Source: Rhizobiaceae bacterium (GTDB lineage Bacteria > Pseudomonadota > Alphaproteobacteria > Rhizobiales > Rhizobiaceae). Taken from it: a stretch of 64,000 bases of DNA. The stretch covers positions 5,618 through 69,617 of the forward strand of contig JBDVMU010000006.1 of the NCBI GenBank assembly GCA_039969995.1, written 5' to 3'. This document shows positions 57,053 through 64,000 of the stretch, piece after piece; position 1 is the first letter of the stretch; each line of letters opens with the position of its first letter. The notes beneath the pieces were generated by a model, which was given only the letters and a program-made list of their open reading frames with translations, did no database searches and was not told the origin of the DNA. Made by a program: the position numbers and the translations under genes.

Positions 57053-57652
57053 TCAGCTTGCGGCAGCTTCAACCTCTTCCAGGCGGTCCTTACCGAAATA
57101 CATTTCATCACCTACGTAAAAGGTGGGAATACCGAATGCGCCACGATCCACCGCACCCGCCGTGTGGTTGACCAGCTTGGCTTTGACCATCGGATCCTGC
57201 ATCCGCTCGAGCATGGCCAGCCCATCAAATCCAGCTTTGGTCATCGCAGAAGCGAAGACTTCAGGATCGTCCATTTTCAACCCCTGCTCCCACATATGCG
57301 TCATTCCAACCTCAACGTAATCAGCCAACCGCCCATCCATTTCGGCAACAATTGCACCACGCATCATGGTCAGAGTGTTGACGGGGAAATTCGGATTAAA
57401 GCTGAAATTGCGCAGCTCATGTTTTTCAACAAAGCGCTGAATTTCTAGACGGAAGTAATCGAGCTTGCCTTTCACTCCAGCATAGGCCTGAACCGGCGAC
57501 TGATTGCCCGTTGCTTTAAAAATGCCGCCCAACAGGCAGGGCACCATATTAAGGGTTGCTCCGCTGCGCTCCACTACACCCGGCAGGGCCCGATAGGCGA
57601 GATACGCATTGGGGCTGCCAAAGTCGAAAATGAAGTCAATTGTCTGGCTCAT
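57053..57652 (-). CDS. 2-hydroxychromene-2-carboxylate isomerase family (DsbA-like) protein
   Basis: The 199-aa ORF contains IDFIFDFGSPNAYLAY...GAFGIPTFYVGDEMYFGKDRL. Confidence 0.88.
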   Translation of the reverse strand: MSQTIDFIFDFGSPNAYLAYRALPGVVERSGATLNMVPCLLGGIFKATGNQSPVQAYAGVKGKLDYFRLEIQRFVEKHELRNFSFNPNFPVNTLTMMRGAIVAEMDGRLADYVEVGMTHMWEQGLKMDDPEVFASAMTKAGFDGLAMLERMQDPMVKAKLVNHTAGAVDRGAFGIPTFYVGDEMYFGKDRLEEVEAAAS

Positions 57653-57769
57653 GCACCATTCCTCAAGCGGTTAATTGCTGCCATTGTAAACATGTTGGGA
57701 ATTGCTGCCGCAAGCGCTAACCTCATTTTCCACGCCAGACGACTGGCACCCATGTAATCGGGAGAAACC

Positions 57770-58534
57770 ATGAAACCTGTTTGTCTGATTATTGGCGCCG
57801 GAGCTGGCATTGGTGGCACGGTGGGCAAGAGATTTGCGCGCGATGGTTATCACGCCGTGCTGTGCCGACGCAGCGACGAGGACGGCCTCAATGCACTGGT
57901 CGAGGACATTCGGAGCGAGGGCAACGACGCCAGCGGCTATTTGATGAATGCGATTGTCGAAGATGTCATCGAGCAGCGTATTGCTGCAGTGGAAAAGGAT
58001 ATCGGGCCAATAGATGTTGTGATCTACAATCTTGGCGCGCAGGTTGGTGACCGCTGCCTGGCGGATACACTTCCAAAGACATTTGAGATGGGATGGAAGC
58101 TGGGCACCTATGGCCTTTATCGCACCGCCAGAACTGCCTTTCCACACATGGTTGAGAGAGGCCGCGGAACCCTGCTGGTAACGTCATCGACGGCAGCCAT
58201 GCGGGGTAATGCCGGCCAACATTCACATGCTGCGGCCATGGGTGGGCGGCGGATGCTGTGCCAATCGTTGAATGCAGAATTTGCGCCGAAAGGAATTCAC
58301 GTTGCGCATGTCATTGTCGATGGGTCCGTCGATGCGCCGGATACATTGGGCAAGTTGCTGGGGCCTGAACGCTTCAAGCAATTGCGCGAGACGGTTGGAG
58401 CGCAGGACGGTCTTTTGCTGCCGGAAAGCATTGCCGACACCTATTTCCATCTGGCCAAACAGCACCGTTCCGCATGGTCTTTCGAGATTGACCTGAGGCC
58501 CCATTCCGACACTGCGTGGTGGAACCGCGCCTAG
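57770..58534 (+). CDS. SDR family oxidoreductase
   Basis: The 254-aa ORF contains CLIIGAGAGIGGTVGKRFA. Confidence 0.88.
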   Translation: MKPVCLIIGAGAGIGGTVGKRFARDGYHAVLCRRSDEDGLNALVEDIRSEGNDASGYLMNAIVEDVIEQRIAAVEKDIGPIDVVIYNLGAQVGDRCLADTLPKTFEMGWKLGTYGLYRTARTAFPHMVERGRGTLLVTSSTAAMRGNAGQHSHAAAMGGRRMLCQSLNAEFAPKGIHVAHVIVDGSVDAPDTLGKLLGPERFKQLRETVGAQDGLLLPESIADTYFHLAKQHRSAWSFEIDLRPHSDTAWWNRA

Positions 58535-58547
58535 GAAATCTACGCTA

Positions 58548-58613
58548 CAGCTCGCCGCTGCAACTCACCGCCACAGCTCACCGCATTAGCTCGCCGCTGC
58601 GATCAGCGCTCAC
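58548..58613. repeat. Intergenic tandem repeat of the CTCGCCGC/CTCACCGC family (period about 13 nt, about 5 units)
   Basis: Read directly: acagctcgccgct gcaactcaccgcc acagctcaccgc attagctcgccgct gcgatcagcgctcac. Confidence 0.85.
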
Positions 58614-59961
58614 TGAAAGCCTGGCCGACTGAACGGTAGATGGGTTTCAACAGATAGCGCATCAGTGACTTGGTGCCGGTATAAATTTCGGCCTGGGCAA
58701 CCATGCCGGGCAGAATTGGTTTTTCGCCAGCTGCGGAATTCAACTTCTGCCGATCCAGATCAAGCTTGGCAGTATAATAGAATTCACCATTTTCATTCTG
58801 CGAGGTTGTTGGAGAAAGAACCGCAATTTTGCCGTTGGCATATCCATAAGTTTCATTGTCATAGGCGGTGACCATGACCCGCGCTTTGGAGCCGACGGCG
58901 ATATGGCCGATATGTTCGGGTGGCACATTGACCTTCACTTCGATTTTTTCGGTGACCGGAACCAGTTGCACGGTGACTTCGCCAGGCTTGACGACCTCGC
59001 CGGCATTTTGGGCTGCGATTGTCTGAACAATGCCCGCAACAGGCGCCCTTACATCCTGACGCGCCAGCCTGGACGTGAGGTTTTCAAGTTTTTGATTGAG
59101 GGCCGTGATCTGTTTTTCGATCTCGGAGAGTTCGGAAATCCACTGACTGCGTTTGGTTGCCTTAAGATTGGCCAACTGGCTTTCAGCTTCCTCAATCTTG
59201 CGCTCGGCTACGGTGAGCGAGCCCTCTGTACGGTCGAACTGCAGCTCACTATCCTGCAGGGCCAAGGTCGCATCCATGTGCTTTTCGCCGGTTGCCAGAC
59301 CTTTTCTCAACAGTCCCTGCAGAACCCCAATGCGAGACTTGCGCAGCTCGATCTCGGCCTGGTGCTTTAAGCTCTCAGAATAATGCGTATGCAATTCGGA
59401 CTTACGCTGTGCGATGACCAGATTTGCGGCGCTGACGCTGGCCAGAAATGCCTGCTTCTCTGCCTCAAAGAGCGCCGCCTGATCGCGAACGATGGATCCA
59501 TAATCTGGTTGGAAGGGCGAAAAATCTGGGTGCTTTCTGTCGATCAGGGATAAAAGCCGCACCCGTTCGATTGCAAGTGTAACCCGTTGGGTGGTCGACA
59601 ACGTCAGTTCAGTTTCAACATCGGGAGCGCTGACCGTCATGAGCAAATCTCCAGATTCGACCAGGTCGCCCTCTTTTACACTGACGGATGAAACAATGCC
59701 GCCATCCAGATGCTGAGTTTCCACGACGTTTCCCGAGGGAATAATTTGCCCTTGGGCAACGACAATTTCGTGTATCGGGGCAAACGATGCCAGGCCGATC
59801 AGTCCGGCGACAAGCACGCTGACCAGTAAAAGGACATGACTGTAAAGCCTGGAGAATTGACCGTAATTGATTTCGAGGGGGAGAGACAGCTTGTCTTGAG
59901 GTAAGCTGGTTTTCTTTTTGAAAAGCGCCATCTGCGGATACCGATACGAGAAAAATGGCAT
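58603..59961 (-). CDS. HlyD family type I secretion periplasmic adaptor
   Basis: The 452-aa ORF has an N-terminal TM helix, a long coiled-coil and a C-terminal beta-barrel with GMVAQAEIYTGTKSLMRYLLKPI. An alternative start lies at 59931. Confidence 0.9.
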   Translation of the reverse strand: MPFFSYRYPQMALFKKKTSLPQDKLSLPLEINYGQFSRLYSHVLLLVSVLVAGLIGLASFAPIHEIVVAQGQIIPSGNVVETQHLDGGIVSSVSVKEGDLVESGDLLMTVSAPDVETELTLSTTQRVTLAIERVRLLSLIDRKHPDFSPFQPDYGSIVRDQAALFEAEKQAFLASVSAANLVIAQRKSELHTHYSESLKHQAEIELRKSRIGVLQGLLRKGLATGEKHMDATLALQDSELQFDRTEGSLTVAERKIEEAESQLANLKATKRSQWISELSEIEKQITALNQKLENLTSRLARQDVRAPVAGIVQTIAAQNAGEVVKPGEVTVQLVPVTEKIEVKVNVPPEHIGHIAVGSKARVMVTAYDNETYGYANGKIAVLSPTTSQNENGEFYYTAKLDLDRQKLNSAAGEKPILPGMVAQAEIYTGTKSLMRYLLKPIYRSVGQAFSER

Positions 59962-60102
59962 TTCTGTTCGGGATCACCGGATCATTTCCAGCTGTTGGCG
60001 CGCGATGACAACGGGGGCACATTGTTGCATCAAGACTGCACGCCGGAACAGACGATCCAAACATGGTGGATTGTGGTTAATTTTCCGTTCTTGTGCTGCC
60101 GG

Positions 60103-62361
60103 TCAGTTCTGCATCAACGGGATTATCTTTTGAGGAGAACCAATGGCAATCACCGATCCATTGTTGAGGTAAACCAACTCATCGCACATCGGCAGCACAT
60201 CAATGTCATTGGTGGCCATGATCACCGTCGCTGTTTTTTTCAACTCCGTCAGTCGCTGTGAGAAACAGGCACGCCCCTCTGGGTCGAGATGGGCAAATGG
60301 TTCGTCAAACAGGTAGATCTTTGATTTTTTGGCGTAGGCGCGGGCGAGTGAAAGTCTTTGACGCAAACCTTCAGGCAGTGCCTCGATAAACCGGCCAGTC
60401 ATGCGCGTCTCGGCACCTTCGGGAAAATTCTCATCTTTTTCAATGTCGATACCTGCCGCAGCCAGGGCCTGACCAATGTCATCATCAGTCGCAGTTGGCT
60501 GGAACAACCGAATGTTCTGAGCAACAGTTCCGTAAAAGAAAATCGGATCTTGTGGCACATAGGAGATGGAGGCACGCAATTCCCCCGGGTCGATCTGTTT
60601 CAGATTGAGACCATCCACGAACACCGCGCCAGCCTGCGGTCGGTAGAGGCCGATAATGAATTTCAACAAGGTGGACTTACCCGACGAATTGGCTCCGGTC
60701 AGAGCTGTCATCGCTCTGGACCGGAAATCTATGGTGACGCCACGAGCAACCGGCTCGGATCTGGAATTGTAGCGAAATCCAACATTCGACAATCGCACTT
60801 CGCCGCTATAGTTGCGAAAAATACCCAAAGAGCGGTTGATTGAGCGTTCAGATGAAAGCCGCATCAACTGGTTCACCTGGCGCACAGATTCACTCATCTG
60901 GCTGATATTGGAGAAACTCAAGAACAAAGTCTGGATGGGTGACAGCACCTTCCAGACCAGCATCATTATGGCGATCAATGCACCGGTGCTGATGCTGTCA
61001 TCCAGCACCAAAAGCGTTCCAATCCATAGGGTCGCAATGCCTGCAATCATGACCAACCCCTGGGATACACTGTTCAGAACCCCGTCAAAGAACTGGCTCT
61101 TGAATTTCAAATGGGTCAGTTCAGATAGATAGGCCTCGAAGCGTTTTTGCCAAATCTGTTCCGCATCCAATTGCTTGACAGTTGCAGAAATCTCCATTGT
61201 TTCCAGGAGGAAATTTTGCGTCTGACTCCTGGCCTTTCCGGTTTGAAGGACGTTTCTTTTGGTCAACGGAACAGTAATCATGCCCATAGCCAGAAAGACC
61301 GCGCCGAGACAAACCGGCACCCAGATCAGCGAGCCTCCAATAGCCCCGATGACCATGAAAAAGATTATGATAAAAGGAAAATCCAAAGCCGAGTTGGCGA
61401 CCTTGCCGGAAAAAAAGCTGGAAATGGACTGGAATTGCTTGATCCGCATCAACTGTGAGCTGATTGATGCCGACTCTGTCATAGATATCTGAAAACCCAG
61501 AATTTTTGCAAAACTCTCGCTCACCAGGGAGCCGGTAAATCGGGCACCAACAAACGCCACCAGTTTGCCACGTAGCGAACGCAGATAGAGCTCAAAGCCG
61601 ATTATTAGCACCATTCCCACAGCCAGATAGACCAATGTATCAGCCGCCGAAGCGGCGAACACTTTGTCGTAAACCGTCATCACATAGAGCGGCGTCGCGA
61701 GGCCAAGCAGGTTGATAAACAAAGTGATCAGCCCGACACCAAAAATCTGCTGTTTGAAGTTGAGAAGTGCTTCAAAAAACCAGTTGTACTTGAGGTCCTT
61801 GCCTTCGTCCGGGTCAGCATTGAAAGAAAACAGGCAGAAATGATAGTGCGGTTGAGAGAGCTCAATTTCTTCCATCATTTCGGTTCGGCTGACCAACGCG
61901 CGAGCCTTCCCGTCTGGCAGCAATTCATAAACAACGCAGGGATAACCATCCGGTAGAATGGCCAAACAAGGTAGCTGGGAATCTTGCAACTTCTGCAGCG
62001 AGTCATTGTACAAGCGCACATTGAACCCCAGGCGCACCATGACAGCGGCAAACTGGCAGACATCCATGATTGACGATGCGTGTGGATGCGCCTCTATCAG
62101 ATGACGCGGTTCGCCAGCCCAATTGAGCGCAATCAGCAACGGCTTTACGCAGCTTTCAAAAGCGTGCGCCAACTCGCTGTCGGGTGCATGAGGGTTAGAT
62201 AGCAGGCTGCTGATTGGCGTTTGCAGCCCGCCGGGTTCAGGTGGTTGTATCGCGAAGGCTTCATGCAGGCTTTTTTGCTGATCGATCACCGCGTTGTGCT
62301 CGCCACCGGCTAATGCGGTAGCCGGGGTGGATATATCAACTGGGTTGAGTTGCTGCTTCAT
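60103..62361 (-). CDS. Type I secretion ABC permease/ATPase with an N-terminal C39-like domain (LssB/LapB-like) and a non-canonical NBD
   Basis: The 752-aa ORF has a C39-like domain (ESCVKPLLIALNWAGEPRHL...LPCLAILPDGYPCVVYEL) and a 6-TM domain. The NBD motifs are Walker A GANSSGKST, signature LPEGLRQR and Walker B IYLFDEP. The H-loop position holds Asn. Confidence 0.9.
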   Translation of the reverse strand: MKQQLNPVDISTPATALAGGEHNAVIDQQKSLHEAFAIQPPEPGGLQTPISSLLSNPHAPDSELAHAFESCVKPLLIALNWAGEPRHLIEAHPHASSIMDVCQFAAVMVRLGFNVRLYNDSLQKLQDSQLPCLAILPDGYPCVVYELLPDGKARALVSRTEMMEEIELSQPHYHFCLFSFNADPDEGKDLKYNWFFEALLNFKQQIFGVGLITLFINLLGLATPLYVMTVYDKVFAASAADTLVYLAVGMVLIIGFELYLRSLRGKLVAFVGARFTGSLVSESFAKILGFQISMTESASISSQLMRIKQFQSISSFFSGKVANSALDFPFIIIFFMVIGAIGGSLIWVPVCLGAVFLAMGMITVPLTKRNVLQTGKARSQTQNFLLETMEISATVKQLDAEQIWQKRFEAYLSELTHLKFKSQFFDGVLNSVSQGLVMIAGIATLWIGTLLVLDDSISTGALIAIMMLVWKVLSPIQTLFLSFSNISQMSESVRQVNQLMRLSSERSINRSLGIFRNYSGEVRLSNVGFRYNSRSEPVARGVTIDFRSRAMTALTGANSSGKSTLLKFIIGLYRPQAGAVFVDGLNLKQIDPGELRASISYVPQDPIFFYGTVAQNIRLFQPTATDDDIGQALAAAGIDIEKDENFPEGAETRMTGRFIEALPEGLRQRLSLARAYAKKSKIYLFDEPFAHLDPEGRACFSQRLTELKKTATVIMATNDIDVLPMCDELVYLNNGSVIAIGSPQKIIPLMQN

Positions 62362-64000
62362 TGCTCACCCGCCGCAGCGTTCCAGTGTCCAAAAGCCCCT
62401 GTCGGTTGAACGCCAGCATGGGGGATAACCTCAATCGACTCGCGCGTTACCCGAAACACATTATGACAAATGGCCAGATAACTCGGGTCGCTGGTGACCA
62501 TCAAAACCGTCATGTGATCTGCCAACCCCTGCAGGCAGGTGATCAGCTCAGCATCAATATCAGCGTCAAGAAAGGCCTGCGGTTCATCCAGCAACAGAAG
62601 TTTGGGCGACTGGGCAATTGCCCGTGCCAGCACAATCTGGCGGATCGTGCCCTCCGGTAGCGCTTCGGTGACCCCTTCGCGCAAATTCGTGTTGTAACCA
62701 TCAGGCAGTTTGTCGATGACTTTGCGCAGGCCAAGCATCTCACAGGCATTGCGCGCCTGCAGCACCGACGCACCACCACCGAAAAGTGTGAGATTGTCCA
62801 TGATCGTGCCACGAAACACAGATGTCTGCGGCGTTACATAGCCAATCGCCTGGCGCCCATTGTGACGGTAAACCGCTGGATCCTCACCGTCGATTGCCGA
62901 AATCAACCAAGGTGTATCCGAAATGGCTGACAGCGATCTCAGCACACTCGACTTACCACTGCCGTCGCCCCCTGTGAAAGCGGCAATGGTTCCACCAGGC
63001 AATTGCACGGGGTCAACTAGCCCTTGTTTAGCAGTGTGAATTACGGAAATCGAAGGCACGCCAGCATAGTTGATCTGCTTTTCTTCCGGCGATTCGGTGC
63101 TGCGAGAAACAATGGGGCTGGCTTCTTCCAGCGCCAGAACTGCGACTTGAATTTCATTCCAGGAGGCAGCCGAACGCACGACTGGCTGAATGGCTCTGGC
63201 CGCAAGCTGGCTCGCCGCTGCCAACATGCCGATCGTCATGTCTCCAAAGATCGCGATAACCGCACCGGTCGTCACCATTGTCACGGTTACCGCGTTGCCA
63301 AATGAAGTGGAAATTGTCTGGGCGCGGCTTGTCGCTTCAATCAACTGCTTGTTGAGATGAGCCGAGTTCTCCACCAAACTCTCAAACCTACGTTGAATGA
63401 AAGGTTCCATGGCTGCTGATTTCAGGGTCAGAATACCGCGCAGAGTCTCCCCGATGAAATCATACATACGGGTGCTTTGAATTTCCTGAGATTCCAGTGT
63501 GTCGCGCATGATTTTCGCAGAGCGAAATATGCTCCAGCCAAATATGCCAATCAGCAACAGTGGTACAATCACCAAGGGCCCCACAATCAGCCCGATAAAA
63601 ACCAGGAACAAAGCGGCAAACGGCAAGTCGATCAATAACAGCCGCGACGTGCCGCCATAGAAATCAGCGAGCTTGCCAATGGCATTGACGCGCTCAACCA
63701 GTTTACTGGCATGATCCTTGGTAAACTCACCATTGGTGGCCGACAAAATATTGTTCAGCGCAGCGAGCGATGTGTGATGACCGAACTTGGAGGCGTTCAG
63801 ACCAACAACATAAGACCTCGCAATGCGCAGCAATGCTTCCAGAACTGCAATGACGACCAAGCCACCGCATAGAATGTATAGGGTCGACAATGCCTGGTTA
63901 GGAATAATGCGATCATAGACCTGCAGAATCGCAATTGGGATGGCGAGACCGAACAGGTTGATAATAATCGAGGAAAAAACCACTCGCGGTGAAAGCAGAA
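62358..64000 (-). CDS. Second type I secretion-type ABC permease/ATPase, with its N-terminus off the window end, and a non-canonical NBD
   Basis: The frame is open to the window edge (...LLSPRVVFSSIIINLFGLAIPIAILQVYDRIIP). The NBD motifs are Walker A GGDGSGKSS, signature LPEGTIRQ and Walker B LLLLDEP. The H-loop position holds Ser. Its stop overlaps the start of the next ABC gene in an ATGA sequence. Confidence 0.88.
   Translation of the reverse strand, partial: LLSPRVVFSSIIINLFGLAIPIAILQVYDRIIPNQALSTLYILCGGLVVIAVLEALLRIARSYVVGLNASKFGHHTSLAALNNILSATNGEFTKDHASKLVERVNAIGKLADFYGGTSRLLLIDLPFAALFLVFIGLIVGPLVIVPLLLIGIFGWSIFRSAKIMRDTLESQEIQSTRMYDFIGETLRGILTLKSAAMEPFIQRRFESLVENSAHLNKQLIEATSRAQTISTSFGNAVTVTMVTTGAVIAIFGDMTIGMLAAASQLAARAIQPVVRSAASWNEIQVAVLALEEASPIVSRSTESPEEKQINYAGVPSISVIHTAKQGLVDPVQLPGGTIAAFTGGDGSGKSSVLRSLSAISDTPWLISAIDGEDPAVYRHNGRQAIGYVTPQTSVFRGTIMDNLTLFGGGASVLQARNACEMLGLRKVIDKLPDGYNTNLREGVTEALPEGTIRQIVLARAIAQSPKLLLLDEPQAFLDADIDAELITCLQGLADHMTVLMVTSDPSYLAICHNVFRVTRESIEVIPHAGVQPTGAFGHWNAAAGEQ

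Overview
This is a 64-kb chromosomal segment of roughly 55% GC. Gene content and synteny look like a marine Hyphomicrobiales/Rhizobiales-type alphaproteobacterium: mutL, DUF4170-waaA-lpxK, a PmbA/TldD-family protein gene, ribF, groESL behind a perfect CIRCE operator, and TTT and DMT/MFS/MATE transporters. I support about 55 protein genes, two pseudogene remnants, several terminators and one regulatory operator. I recognised no rRNA, tRNA, CRISPR array, IS element, integrase or prophage. Most of the window is ordinary core or catabolic gene content. The observations most worth a second look are these. (1) A 1.6-kb low-GC insertion (27929-29543) is bounded by perfect 13-bp direct repeats. It carries a single orphan 424-aa gene whose C-terminus has a HEPN-like R-x4-H motif, making it a candidate stand-alone abortive-infection or defence gene. 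(2) A type I secretion-like operon at the right edge (58603 to beyond 64000) has two tandem ABC half-transporters. Both replace the LSGGQ signature with LPEG and lack the H-loop histidine. Its cargo is not in the window. (3) A genome-specific family of CTCGCCG-type short tandem repeats sits just 3' of stop codons at eight or more intergenic sites. Related in-frame expansions occur inside coding regions. (4) A roughly 250-bp nested inverted repeat lies upstream of the groESL promoter. (5) A translationally coupled pair encodes a small protein and an HTTM-like membrane protein, reminiscent of SdpA/SdpB. All family assignments come from reading the translations, since no database search was possible.
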